Translations under genes and position numbers: made by a program
From: Chrysomallon squamiferum
Taxonomy: Eukaryota > Animalia > Mollusca
Length of the DNA stretch: 64,000 nucleotides
Direction: 5' to 3'
NCBI GenBank assembly: GCA_012295275.1
Contig: CM022671.1
Location: forward strand, 22,692,001 to 22,756,000
Notes under the pieces: model-generated
The model's database searches: none
What the model was told of the DNA's origin: nothing
Seen by the model: the letters and a program-made list of their open reading frames with translations, nothing else
Shown here: positions 1-59,615 of the stretch, one piece after another
Numbering within the stretch: the first letter of the stretch is position 1
How the letters are laid out: each line of letters starts with the position of its first letter

Positions 1-3
1 CAA

Positions 4-35
<32 letters not shown>

Positions 36-849
36 TTCTAATTAAAAAAACTGGGTAATAGCTACGTTTTAGATTTATTGTTTTTTCTTTTGAATGTTTT
101 TTGAAAAAAAAAAAAAAATCAGTTTTGGGGTTAAATATGTTCATCTACAGAACAAAATGTTGATACTAAATTTCTGAAAGAAAAATATTACAAAATAAGA
201 AAATCCATTTAAAAACATGAATTTGTTTTTGTTTCTTTCGGTTTTTTTACAGACTGGAAAGAAAGAAAGAAAACAAAAAGTTTACATACAAACACACAAA
301 GTTTGACAAACACATAAAGATCTGAAGTTAATTAAAAAACATGTTAGCAGGTGGGTTCTGTTAGGAAGATTATATTATTCAGCTGCTTCTTTGTCTCTCT
401 CTCTCTTTTTTTTTTTTTTTTTTCACCAGGAACAGATGTTAGAAGAAAGTTTCTAAAATAACTAATTCTTTTGGGAAATATCTTATTTAAAATAACATAT
501 TTTTATAATCACTCCATTTTAAAAAAAAAAAAAACAATAAAAAACAAACAAAAAAACAAGCAAAAAAACCCCCTCAACAGCTATCTCCACCCCCAAAAAA
601 AAAAATAAATATAGCATCATCATCTTTTCATTATTTTCTTTAAAAAAAAAAGTTTTAAAAAGTCCCATCTACCAGAAGTATCAGTTTAGAAGCACAATGA
701 AGATAATATGATACAGTCTTAAGCATTATGATAATCACAAGCAGAGCAGTGGGTTTAGGTAAGCAGAAAGCGAAGGAGGAGAAGATGTTGGGAGAGGAGA
801 TGTGTACGACATCTAGATGACCTTCCTCAAGGTATGAAAAATGTCTCAC

Positions 850-39715
<38,866 letters not shown>

Positions 39716-39759
39716 GGCACAATTCTGTGTAAAAAACTAGATTTTGTGCTCTTCCTCAA

Positions 39760-39930
39760 GCATGACCGCCATGTTTCTCTTTATTTTTTAATGAACGTCT
39801 GGGCATGCGCAGTCAAGCTGTCACCCCATATTTGGCAGCGCACCTTGTTGGCATAATTTTGACGTCATTGCGGTTTGACCTATTTTGCAAAAGTCGGGTC
39901 AATGGGCATGTTTACGGTCCGCCCACTCTT
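39760..39930. promoter_or_regulatory. CpG-rich, probably bidirectional NF1/spinster promoter
   Basis: YY1-like CCGCCATGTT 39766-39775, NRF1-like GGGCATGCGC 39801-39810, CArG CCATATTTGG 39826-39835, CRE TGACGTCA 39860-39867, GC box CCGCCC 39919-39924, between divergent ATGs 907 bp apart. Confidence 0.7.
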
Positions 39931-40621
39931 TCCGATAACTGAATTTCATTGACAGTTCGCTTCAAGGTTTCTAAACCAGTCTAGCATTTATTTTATCGTA
40001 AGGCCTCTAGTCGGAAAACGAATAAATGTACTAATGTAGTTAGACATATACTGATATACTCATATAGCAGTTCCGACATATACTAGAAACAGTGAAATAT
40101 ACGAAACACCCTATGTACACCTATCTAAGACCGTTCCTATGATCTCTGTGAAAAGCAGTAACTGAGCAAGGGTTTTAAAATCATTTTTAGGCAACGCAAC
40201 AGAAGTTAAACCTATTAATTATTATTGTGTTAACAGTTTCGTGAAAAGTGTAACTCGTAGTTTACCAGTAGACTGTTAAATAAATGTATTAATTTAAACC
40301 AAGAAACCATTTGCACTTATAATTATTTTATCTTATTACCAAACAGCCTGTTATAAACCCAATGACAGAAAACAAATGAACAAAATAAAATAATTTTCAC
40401 ACCTTAAATTATTAATTAAGCTAATTAGCTTTCTGTGGCTTTTATTTAAAAGTACATAGCTTTATTGTCATAGCTGTTTACTAATTTGGTTTATTTTGAT
40501 GGTTTCGCCTGTCGAAGGTAGAACACTACCAAAGAAGAAGGACTTTAATTCTACTTCCGATTTGTTGTGTTTTGTTATCAATATCAACGTTAGACTATTG
40601 TGAAATTATTATGTTATACAA

Positions 40622-47814
<7,193 letters not shown>

Positions 47815-47949
47815 ACAGTGTCCACACAAAGTACTCTCTGTTCACTTGTTTTTACTTAACCGCCTGCTTTTATTTTGTTTTAGCACTATATCTTTTATTT
47901 TCTTTTTTTGTGATGGTTGTGTTTTTAGTTATACATATATGCTTGTAAA

Positions 47950-48330
47950 TTATAATGGTAATGAAGGGGTGGTTGTTAAGACTAAGTTGAATATTTTGAT
48001 ATTTAAAACAGGTAGTTATTACTTGTTTTGTTTGTAACACTGTAAGAGATAACCGCTAATAAGGGGGAGCTATAAGGACTAAATTTAAATAGATCAAACA
48101 TTCAGATATTTGGAGCAAGCAGTTTTAAAACTGTAAATTATGATGATGATAATGAAGGGTTGTTATTAAGGCTGAGTTTAAATATATCAGTTACACACAT
48201 ATTTAGAACAAGCAATGACAGATTTATAATACTGTAAGTTATAATAATAATAATGAAGGGTTGTCATTAAGGCTTAGATGAAATATATAAAGATATTTAG
48301 AACAACCAATTACAGGTTTATAAAGGAATT
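47950..48330. repeat. Three degenerate copies of an ~100-190 bp unit (aatgaagggttgt..ttaagg..)
   Basis: aatgaaggg recurs near 47960, 48151, 48252. Confidence 0.55.
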
Positions 48331-49885
48331 AATATTACTGCCATGTTTAAATAGATACAGATATTTAGAAGAGGCAGTCATTACTTGTTTATAGCATTGA
48401 AAGTTAAGAGTGAATAGTTTAATATTCGTTATTTTACTGAAATTACTCTCTAAAATAAATTAGTATAAAATGAAAGTATAATTTGTGGAAAGCTGTAGTT
48501 TAAAAATAATATAATCTTTTTAAAACAAAATAATTATGCACTGATTAATCATTATATAAAATGGTAGATGAGTAAAGGATTAGTTGTCTAACATAGTCTT
48601 CAAGATTACTGCTGTCATATTAAAAGTGTATATTCAAGAAACTATTTTTATCTAAGAACATTCTCTTTATTGGAATTATTGAGATAGTTGATAATCAGCA
48701 TTTATTTACAGAAATGTGCTTTTCATTTCATTTTTTTGTTATATTTTAAAGAATTTTTGTTTAAACACAGGTTTGTTTTGTTTTTGTAGCATTGGTGAAT
48801 TTAAATCATATTTATACATTTTTTTACTAACACTCTGTTTTCATTTTTCATTTGGTTCTCCAGAATAATGCTTCATTTATTTGCTTATAGTTATTTTTGT
48901 TAGTTTAAAATACTAAACATTGTTCTGCATGTTTTATTTGCTTATGGAGTCATTTGACCTGCCAGCATCTGATATTGTGGTAAAGTTATATTTAAACATT
49001 GAGTATGGGTTATGGTTCACAGCCTGTTTTTGTTTTTAACATAGCACAGGCTTGTTTCAAATACTAATCTGTATGTATGTGGTCATGTGTTACAATGGTT
49101 AAACAGGATTTATTAAAGAAGTATTACTCTGACTTCTGGTCTGTTGGTTTTCTAAAACATCACATACATTCACTGTTATCTGAGGGTTTTCATTCAAGGT
49201 TTTGCCTCTGGAAGCAAGCATTGTTGTTCTTGAAAAGGTGCATGAAAATGATTGAAATGAATTTAGAAAACTTATATCACCTCTCCTCTATTTCACATTG
49301 ATTAACATCTATAACTTTAGAAATTAATACTTTTTTTTCTTTTTATTACAGAGTTTGTTTCTTGTTGCTGTTCATGTGTATTATATTAAAATCAGTTCTT
49401 GTTTCTGTTTTCTTTTCTTTCTTTTTTTTAATGAAAAGCATGCCAAATTCTTTTAGTTTCTCTTACTTTTTCATTTTAATTTATTTGAGCTCATTTAATT
49501 AAAAAAATTTCTTCTTTTAAATATAGTCTGCTTTTTAAATTATTTAGTGTTTAGAAATGTTACCTGCAGATGATTTGTTACATTTAAAATTTATTTGTCT
49601 ACACAGCAGTGGTTAACAGTTGAACAATATAGTTAAGATACATCATATGATGTTAAAAATTGTTGATGGGTATCTGCAGGAATATCTGTTCTAAACATAT
49701 TTGCAACTTAATGTAATAAAGAACGTTAAAAATAATAATACTAATAAAAAAAAAATTATTAGCTTAATATTAAAGCAGATGTTCTGATATCAACAAAACA
49801 AATGTTTTTATTACAACAATAATTACTTTTGCGTTTGATGTAAAATGTAAAAAAAAAATGTATTTTATTTTGTTCAAATTTTCAG

Positions 49886-49995
49886 ACGTGAATATGAAGA
49901 ATGGAACAATAGCAGATTTTGTAGCAGAAGGGGATCAGTCCAAGGTGGTACGTGAAGTGTCAACCATTCACGAAGGCAGCTATCAGTGGGGCTAG
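49886..49995 (+). CDS. spns1: Candidate alternative last exon of spinster (D)VNMKNGTIADFVAEGDQSKVVREVSTIHEGSYQWG*
   Basis: aaattttcag acceptor, phase 1, 36 codons open, coding-like GC content. Confidence 0.6.
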
Positions 49996-52900
49996 AAATT
50001 TTGGCAATCAGCTGACTTTTCTTACCATTGTCCTCACAGAGACTGAAGCACGTGAAATTCTGCTGTTCTAGTTCACGGTTATCACAATAACAAAACATAT
50101 TGCTTCATTCAACATCATTCAAGTCTGTTAATGGTTTTACACCAAGCATCAGATTTATGTTGCTTTTTTTTTTTCTTCTTCTTTTTAAAAAAAAAAAAAA
50201 TACAAAAACAATATTAAACTCAGATGTAATTAATGTTAAAAAAAAAAAAAATGAAATAATTTTCCAATTTGGTGAATGGTTATAATTAGGATTAATTTCT
50301 CACGCAAATGATACTTGGTAACAGGCTATTTAGTAAATAATATAATGAATCATGGTCATTTGGTATTAATGTTTTTCTCTGTTCTCCAGTGAACTGTTTA
50401 TCTTTCATCATCAGTTAAAATGTTTTATTGATGAAATAGGTGCCGGAATATTCATGTTTAATTAATATTTAAAAAAATAATAATAACAATAAAATTTTAA
50501 AAAATCAAGTTTCTACTGATCCGTTGCATAACAGTACTAAATTATTATTATCGTCTTTATATTAATATTTTTCTATGAATCCATAATATAACAAAATTAA
50601 TACATATTTGTAAATAAAGACTTTTTTTCTTTTGTTACCTTGTCTAAAATTGCGAACATAGCACAAGTTTATTATATATTATCTATGCAGCTAACTTTCA
50701 CAAATAATCATGTGACTGCTAAAAGAGGAACTCAAAAATGTTTTTTTTTGTCATTCTTTACAAATTATCTTTTTTGATTATTACCAAAATGTAAATAAAA
50801 CTACTTATTGTAATTTGAATATTTCTTACTCATTTTGACTTTGATTATTTCCTTCTAGAAATTCATCACTTTCTCTCTGACATACAATCATGATTTCTAG
50901 AAATGTCATCATCCCATTACTTAGACTACATCCGCGTTTTTGCTTTTTTATTTATATTTAAAAACAAAATTTCTGAGTTCTATTTTTGCACATATTATTA
51001 GTTTTCTTTTTTATTTATACAATAATTTATATAACTTAGAAAACTGTTCAGTTTCATCACTTTTTATAGAACTTGGTTATTAGAAACCTTTTTTTAAAGA
51101 ATAAGATACAAACATATTTACAAATCATCACCTATATTTTATCATATTTTCAATCAAGCAATGAAATTATGTTTTTTATATTTTTTTATTTGTGAGAAAT
51201 TGTAATCAGAGGTCATAAATACTGAAAATAATGTCCATATTCAAATCACTGCATTGTTTGGTTTTTTATATCTTCATTATGATATACTTCCATTGTAAAA
51301 TTAATTGCATTTGTAAAGAAAAGAAAATTTTGCTCAGCAAAAGATTTGGGAATGTAAGAACACAAGTTAATCAATCCCTTTGGATCTGCTTTTGATTTAC
51401 AATTGTATTTAATCACAGAAAATAATATTTAATGTACATATGTTTAAAACAAGTGTACCCATTTCTGATTGTGTCAGGTTACTAGATGAGTTTCCTGCTT
51501 TTGTTTAACAAACTCACAGAAATAATTAAAATTATGATTTTGTAACATTAAAAATGTTTGTCAACAAATTTTGGATTAATTATTTTGTAAATTTTTTTTT
51601 TTTTAAAATGAGAAATTTTATATTGGTTATCTGTTGATGAAATCATGAAAAAAAAAATTAAATTTCTAATTTCTTATTGCAACATTCGTTACCTTATTCA
51701 TATAATAGTTTTATAATTTCAGTGTATGTGAGAATTTTATTGCATTTTTTTTTTTTTTTTATATAAGAAATTTATATATGATTGTTTTAACTGATAATTT
51801 ATTAATGATTTTTGGCTTACAAGAAATGTCAAGGTGTGAGGGTGACAATGTTGTTCTAAGGTACAAACACAGATACAGACAGACAGACACCCACAAAGAA
51901 TATGGGTACAGAACAGAAAATTGTATACAAATCATTCTCCTTGTCTGATGTGTATGATAAAGAATGCTATGTTGCATTTTATTTATGATGAATATTTTAG
52001 CTCAGATTATCCATTGACTTAAACATGATGATAATATTTTATTCCTCAGTTTAACATTCATTTCAGATATTCAGTAGAGGTTAATTAAAATATATATTCT
52101 TTCACTGACATACTCCCTTTAACTGTAACCTTTTATTTTTTAACTAAGATTTCCCTATCAAATGGTTAAAAATAACAAAATGAAAACAAGAATTTATGTG
52201 TCCTGTAGTAAGTTCAGTATTTTAACCTTTTAAAAATATTTTATATCAGACATGTAGTCTGGGAAACTGTTATTATTTATTAACTCAAACTTCATTGATA
52301 ACAAAGATCTCTACATAACTTTCTCAAATAGAGAAGCATATTTTTTTATTGTTTGTAACAGTTTAAAAAAAAATAATAATAATAAAATTTATTACCATGA
52401 AACAAAGATGCATTTATTCTTTACAGCATTAAGTTACAACATTAAGTTGGAGAAGTGCTAAATAAAAGAAATGAAGAAATTATATTCAGATGTGAGATGA
52501 AAACATTTTGAAATTGCTATTTCTACAGAAGTGAGAATTCAGTCTCCTTACGCTATCACAGGACTACATAGCACAAACATCAAGCTCGCAGACCAAGGTT
52601 GAAAAAAATGTTTACAGTGAAAAATATAAAGCAGATGAAACAGTCAAAAATGTTTAATAATCTAATTTTATTTTTCTGGCAGATATGCATCTTAGGCTTA
52701 AACGTTTCACACAAAAATATTTTGGTGTTTTTATTGTTAGGAGTGCCTTTCAAAAAAGAGGAAAATAAAAAATGTTAATTGAGAAATGGCAAAATGTCTA
52801 TAAAAATTAATTGTGTACAGAGATGTGTACATGCATGTGTCTGTTTCAGTGAAATCTGAGATCTTGTTTGATTGATGTTTATTTAATGCCATGTGTGTCA

Positions 52901-53984
52901 AGGGGTTTTTTAGCTTCATTTTTATGACTCATGACAGTCCTGTTTCATTTCTAAGTAAAGATAATATAACCTGGGGTAAATTAAAATTTAATTAGATACA
53001 CAAATAGCAGACATCGATAAAAAATAAACTATTGTAGACCATTCTCTTATTCCGTTAACAACATATGTTTTAAATTGTGAGTGTGCCAGAATATACTTTT
53101 TAATTCCTACTTATTGTATATAGGTAGTACTGTCTTAAAAAAAATTCTGTTTTATTTATTTTTTTCAAGGTAAATTTTAAATGATAACTGTGCCAAATGC
53201 GCTGGAATCAAAACTATCATTTTCCTATTTATCTTTTTTTTTCTTCTTTTTCTTACATGGTTTGTTGTTGCAAATGCCAGATTATTTGCTAATAATAAAT
53301 TATGACAATAAAATAACAACTAATTAAAATGCTTTTCCCTTTTATTGTTACATATTTTATGTGTACAAATATTTAAAAATTCCAATATTTAAAGCTGAGT
53401 GTATTATATCTTTACTATTTTGATGTATAAAGAAAGTAACATGATATCAGGGAAATCATTTGTTATTTGATTGTCATATTTCATTGTTAGCAAAGAGAGG
53501 TTAGCAAAAAATAAAAAGGTTTCAAATGTGCTTAGGCCTTTAAAGGTACAATAGTTTCTTTAACCATCTTGCTCTTTACACATAACTAATGCTGTGTGCA
53601 TATTTAGGTGTTTATTTGGAATATCACAAAAGAACCGAATGACATACCCACCAATGTGAAAAACAACTCCGAAAAAAATAGAAAACAGAAAAACATAATA
53701 ACTAAAAAAAAAGAAATAGAAATTCAAGAAAAATTATGAAAATAGTAATATGTTTTGATGTTTTTGATACTGAGATATTTTTTCACAGAGATGGAAAAGT
53801 TCTACATTTTCATTTTAGTGACTACATGTTTCAGTGACTCAGTTTTACTTTCGTGCTGCAGTTAACCAGTGACTTTATATATTCTCCTACTTCGGTCAAC
53901 TCAAGACTGTGTTCTTACCATATTTAGATAATTTTAATGACTATGCACAATATTTAGCTGTCCTTGAAGAAGAATCAGTAAAAA

Positions 53985-54029
<45 letters not shown>

Positions 54030-54924
54030 GTAATTTTATTAAATAATGAAACATTTCTTTGAAGTATAGAAATAAATGTGTGTGGATGTGAATGCTGTGC
54101 TTTATTTTCATCATGGTCTTTCTTAAACTAGTTTTTGTTAACATTGTCATTTAATTAAGATGACAGCAAGTTTTTCACTTTGTGTTCAAGTGCAAATGTA
54201 ATTTTCCACGAGATGATGTGGGTTTTGATTATTTTAGTATTTATTTTAAATTAATAAAAACACAAGAAAATATTTCGTTGTGTTATTTATGTATTATGTG
54301 TACTTTTTGTTCTTTCCGTATGTTAATAATGTTGAAAATTAAAATAATTTATTGGTGATTCTTCTGTTTTATAACAAGATACACAAGATAAAGTAACAGA
54401 ATTACAGTTTCATTGAACAAGCTGAAGGTATTAATTAATTTTTATGTTTCTAAAAACAGATTGTTTGTTATGGTTCCGATTTCAAAAACAAATAAACAAA
54501 ATAATTAATAATGATATTAATGGCACGTAATAAATTAATATATGTACATTATAAAAGGCCTTATATGATAGAAACTTAACTTTTTAATACGAAAATAAAA
54601 AGATTGATTATGATTTGAAAAAATCCATACAAGACTGAGTCCTTTTTTCCCGGAGGAAATGGTTAAATATCTTGATAGGTGGGTACCAAATGCAGGATTT
54701 TTATTTATTTATTTATTTTTATTTTTTATTTTTTATTTATTTATTTATTTTTTCAAGCATCTCATACTTCGAAAAAAAGAGAAAAAAAGACTTCATTCGG
54801 CCGCTATTACATTTCAAAGTTGATTATTTTCAAACCGGTAATTCATATGATGCTTCCATCATTCTTAGAAAACAAACTTCTTTCCCAACGATAAACATTA
54901 CCATTATAAAGAACTGAATTATGC

Positions 54925-54963
<39 letters not shown>

Positions 54964-55149
54964 TACAGACAGCCCCTTATCCACAAGCAAAAAAAAAAAA
55001 AAAAAAGAAAGAAAAAAAAAAAAAAAAAGGAAAAGATGATAACGTTATTTTAAATAACTTCATATCACTGAAATTTACATCATTAAAACGTGTTTTTTCT
55101 TAACCGAGATAATCGAAATCTTAAAACCTATATTCTTTTCACAGTTACT

Positions 55150-56316
55150 CTAATGATACACATTTACAAAGGGCATCCCGAACACACCGTATCCCAAACG
55201 TTTTGCGAGCTTAGCTAATCCTTCAGTTTCTAAATGATGGTCAATAAGATCTTCTGGAAAATTCAGCCCTTTTCTATGAAGGTCGGCCTTAATCAGCAAC
55301 GTGCAACCACCAACGCCATCTATTGGCACAACGCGACCCTCGGCTCTGAGATCTGGCAGATAGAGCCTTAGCGTTGGCGAGTATCCTTCCAGCATGATTT
55401 CGCTGTCACCTAATTTCCTTTGTTCTTCAAGGGACATGGGCGTTTCTCTCCACGTGTTTTTGTCAAAGACCCTTTCAATGTTCTGAGAATCGCGATACAA
55501 ACAGTTTGGTACCACAATTTCACGGTTTGCAGAAAGCAGCTGCTGGACAATGTCGTCGGGAATCGCAGATATATCGCTGTCTATCCAGAGCACCCAGTCC
55601 TCGTTTTTCAGTCCTTGTCTAAGCAGACGATTTCTCGATTTTGCTAAATGTTTTCTCCTTGTGTATTGCAGGTGCTGTTTGTGTTTATTGTTGTCTGTGA
55701 CACAGTCTTTCGAGTCGATGTCGTCAAAATGAAAGACGTCTACACGACTAAAAGAAGCATTTCGCAGGATTTTAGCAGCCTCCCATGCTGCTGATATGGT
55801 TCTGTCTTCGCTACAGTCTTCGCCAAAAGCTATCGAAATTAAATGATGGGGATACGTCAGCAGTGTCAAGAATCGCGCATAATTTGGCAGGAGGTTGGCA
55901 ACATTGTGAATGGGAGTGAGGATAACAATTTTTTCAGTGTATTGTCTGGTTTCGTAATGTCTGAATTTTTGTACAGCACTTTCTGCTATTTTAACAACAT
56001 AATCGGATGCTGATTTTGCTGGCACAGGAGGAATGTTGAAAAATGCAGTAGGATCTTTTGTTGTAGTAGGCCGAAGAGGTGGAACTTTATTTTTTGTTAT
56101 TTTAGTAACAGCAGGTGGAAATATTTTGATACGATTCTTTGTCTGCGACTTGCTTGGACGCACAGTGGTGTTAATAGACTTAGGTGCGTTAACTGTGGAA
56201 AAGCTTTTACCATCATCACGGATAAAAACGACTAGGATCATTAATCCACAAAGTACCAACACCACGATTTGTAGAAACGAATACGATCTACGCCGTAACG
56301 AACATAACAACACCAT
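55150..56316 (-). CDS. Anp1/Mnn9/Van1-like (CAZy GT62) type II membrane glycosyltransferase, single coding exon, 388 aa
   Basis: First ATG at 56316; basic tail + TM (LQIVVLVLCGLMILVVFI) + S/T/P/K stem; motifs VILTP, RRKHLAKSRNRLL, WVLWIDSD (DxD), IVVPNC, FDKNTW, DGVGGCTLLIKADLHRKGLNFP, ETEGLAKLAKRLGY..GMP...VYH*. Confidence 0.88.
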   Translation of the reverse strand: MVLLCSLRRRSYSFLQIVVLVLCGLMILVVFIRDDGKSFSTVNAPKSINTTVRPSKSQTKNRIKIFPPAVTKITKNKVPPLRPTTTKDPTAFFNIPPVPAKSASDYVVKIAESAVQKFRHYETRQYTEKIVILTPIHNVANLLPNYARFLTLLTYPHHLISIAFGEDCSEDRTISAAWEAAKILRNASFSRVDVFHFDDIDSKDCVTDNNKHKQHLQYTRRKHLAKSRNRLLRQGLKNEDWVLWIDSDISAIPDDIVQQLLSANREIVVPNCLYRDSQNIERVFDKNTWRETPMSLEEQRKLGDSEIMLEGYSPTLRLYLPDLRAEGRVVPIDGVGGCTLLIKADLHRKGLNFPEDLIDHHLETEGLAKLAKRLGYGVFGMPFVNVYH

Positions 56317-56709
56317 TCTGTCAGCACACAAGCAGTGAAGAGTCCTATCACAGCAATAAAAGTAATTTATATTTTAATTACTGGGGTTTTTTTTTTTTTT
56401 TGTTTTTTTTACAGTTCTGGATTTCCATCCGTGGAAATAAGAAAGAAAATCCCAGGAAACATCATATGAAATCTACAGAAAGGAATTGCGTTAATTTTTC
56501 ATACTGCTCCAGTATCTGCAAGGTTGTCTTCTTGTACGTAAAGACCTGAAAAATACAGCAGTGAAGGTGTAATGAAGCAGAACGAGATATGTGATTTAAA
56601 CATAATACATCTATACTATGCTAATCGGAGACTCCTTCTGGCTAAAAAATTTGAAAGAATTAATATATATATATAATAAAAAAGCAGAACAAGTTTCTTT
56701 GTGTGTGTA

Positions 56710-56742
<33 letters not shown>

Positions 56743-57126
56743 GTCTGTGTGTGTGTGTGTGTGTGTATAAGTTAACAAAATATGCCTTAGAAAAGAGAAA
56801 TATTCTGAATCACAAATTATACCGAAAACACTCGTTCTCACACATCCTCCATTGTAATAAATACTTTGTAACATTACTATATCCTTAATCTGTCACGTTT
56901 GCAGGTAAATGCAGAAGAGGGCGTAACAACGTACGCATATATTGTGTCAGTTTAAAACTTTCCATGACGTTGAATTTTAAACATTTTCATAATAAATATT
57001 AAGTAATAATAATAATAATACAATGTCGTATACAAAACCATCAACACAATTTAATAATTGATAAATCAGTCGAAATAAAGAAGACAACAACAATAGCCTA
57101 CCTCTCCGAAACACACCTACATTTCC

Positions 57127-57157
<31 letters not shown>

Positions 57158-58004
57158 TTAAAGTATCAAAATGAAATTTATGTGAGCAGTTTTCGTTATT
57201 GCAAGCGAGAAAACTGCTGTAACAGAAAAATGAACTAAACCCTGCGAACTGTCGTAAACCTTGTAAAAAATTACAAAACTGACACAGCTAACCCGGGTGA
57301 ATTTTTCTCTGGGGCACACGATTATAGAAACAGCCTGGGCTTCTCGTGTTCTAATACAATCCGGGTGGATGATTTGTTTGTTAACTAAACGTTAACACTG
57401 ACTGCTACCACATCGAGGATTGGTACTTACGTAACATGTTTCTCAAAGGAATTGAGAAAACTACACACGAAATCAAAAATGCGAAGAACACACCTTGTCT
57501 GTTGAACCAGCCGCTCTCTTCGGCTTGTATCTACCTTTATTTTACGCATGACATAATTTTTAAAGGTTCACCGCTATCCGATTGAGAGACCACCTAACAA
57601 TAGATCCGTTTTTAATCAGTAGATACCGTACTTCATTACATTATATACAAAAATGTAGGCCACCTATAGCGAGCAAAATATATCAGATGTACATGTTTTT
57701 CATTTAAAAGTTAATTAATGCAGAACTGCTACTAAATTATGTGTAATAATAACGAAATGGACATCAACCCGAGCCAATTTTATCTAGGTCAGGTAAAGAA
57801 CAGCAGATAGCTGTAACTAATTTTAAATCGTCTCGGCACGTTTCTTAACCATTGGACCGCTAACCGTTTGTTTGTTCAGTGTACAAACTATTCTGTTCTG
57901 TTGAAATTAGTCACCTTACAAACTATTTTCTGTTTATTTTCACTAAATCGAAAATGAATAATATTTAATGTTCCTAAGCCCACAAATAAAAAAAAATAAA
58001 AAAA

Positions 58005-58161
58005 ATATTAATAATAATAAATTAAAATAAATAAGTAATAAAATAATCAAATATAATAATAATAATAATAATAATAAATTAAAATAAATAAGTAATAAAA
58101 TAATCAAATATAATAATAATAATAATAATAAATTAAAATAAATAAGTAATAAAATAATCAA

Positions 58162-58200
<39 letters not shown>
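58005..58200. repeat. Three copies of an ~57-63 bp unit containing (AAT)n
   Basis: aaattaaaataaataagtaataaaataatcaaatat repeated 3 times. Confidence 0.85.
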
Positions 58201-58204
<4 letters not shown>

Positions 58205-59094
58205 CCTCCAAAAATAAATAAGTAACAATAAAAATAAAATTATTAAAATAAACAGAAAATAAACAAAATAAAAATTAAAAATGACCCCCAAAACAACAAC
58301 AAAACAGCAATAACAAACAGAAACAACAACAATGAAGCAACAACATAAACAAAACATAATAATACAAAAAAAAAAACAACGAAAACAAACAAAACATCTA
58401 TCGAATTACAGTAACGTAAGAAATCAATAATTCTCTAGTATGTTTCCACATAATTAGTATGTATGAACATGATACATCCAGTCCCACTTGTATTCGCGGC
58501 TTGACAACCAGCTGAAAATTTCACACCTAGATAACCTCTCTTTAATTTTTTTATATAAAAAAAAAAAAATATTACGTAATCTGTAAGTATACAACACAAT
58601 TTTTTTTCAATTTTATTCTTTATTATTATTTTATTTTTTTTTTTCCATTTTGATGTAAAATTCTCACCTTCCCAGAATGATTGCAATCGTCTAAGCCTGT
58701 CCTCACGAGCGTCTCCATATATATATATATATATATTTTTTTTTTTTTCACCCAGAGAGACACAGAGGTTACTTAAACATTGCAAGAGTATGTCTAATCG
58801 TTTTCTGGTACGAGTTTGTTTGTCACTGTCCTGATGAACGAGTTGATGCGTCTTCTGTAAATTCTAATTTCGGTGTAAAGTTGCCTTTTAACATTCACAC
58901 CGGTTGGATACTGCAGCATTCTATTTCTTCATGAATATATGTCTTGATGTCGTCCTTTGCATCAACTGACAGGAATATCTGACGAATTAAATGCCTCAGA
59001 AATAACGTATCTTGTACAGACTGATTAAACCTCTTGTTTGTTTTCGCCATATGTTCTATATTAAATTATATATATGTATATATTTATACATTTT

Positions 59095-59615
59095 TTCTGT
59101 GTGATATAGTGTATGTGAGATATTATCATGTGGTATATTGAATGTAAGATATTATCTTATGATATACTACTGCATGTAAGATATTTTCTTCTGGAGTACT
59201 GTATGTCGTTTATTATCTTCGGGTTTAATGTACGTAACATATTATCCTGTGATACACTGCACGTGAGATATTATCTGTAGTATACTGTGTGTTAGATATT
59301 ATCCTATGGTATTCTGTGTGTGAGATAGAATCCTGTGGTATACTGTGTGTGAGATAGAATCCTGTGGTATACTGTGTGTGAGATAGAATCCTGTCGTATA
59401 CTGTGCGTGAGATAGAATCATGTGGTATACTGTGTGTAAGATAGAATCCTATGGTATACTGTGTGTGAGATAGAATCCTATGGTATACTGTGTGTGAGAT
59501 AGAATCCTGTGGTATACTGTGTGTAAGATAGAATCCTGTGGTATACTGTGTGTAAGATAGAATCCTGTGGTATACTGTGTATGAGATAGAATCCTGTCGT
59601 ATACTGTACGTGAAA
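59095..59615. repeat. 29-bp minisatellite ctgtgtgtgagatagaatcctgtggtata
   Basis: Period 29 (gagatagaat at 59322, 59351, ...); ~10 near-perfect copies 59315-59615, degenerate copies to ~59095. Confidence 0.95.

Noticed and set aside
55150-56316. Bacterial or fungal contaminant contig
   Set aside because: Flanks carry the same poly-A, (CA)n and (AAT)n repeats as the rest of the window, with no operon-like neighbours; final exclusion needs spanning reads.
55420-56338. Plus-strand ORFs overlapping the glycosyltransferase (also 17480-17674 and 16145-16327 over NF1 exons)
   Set aside because: Antisense shadows of real coding sequence.
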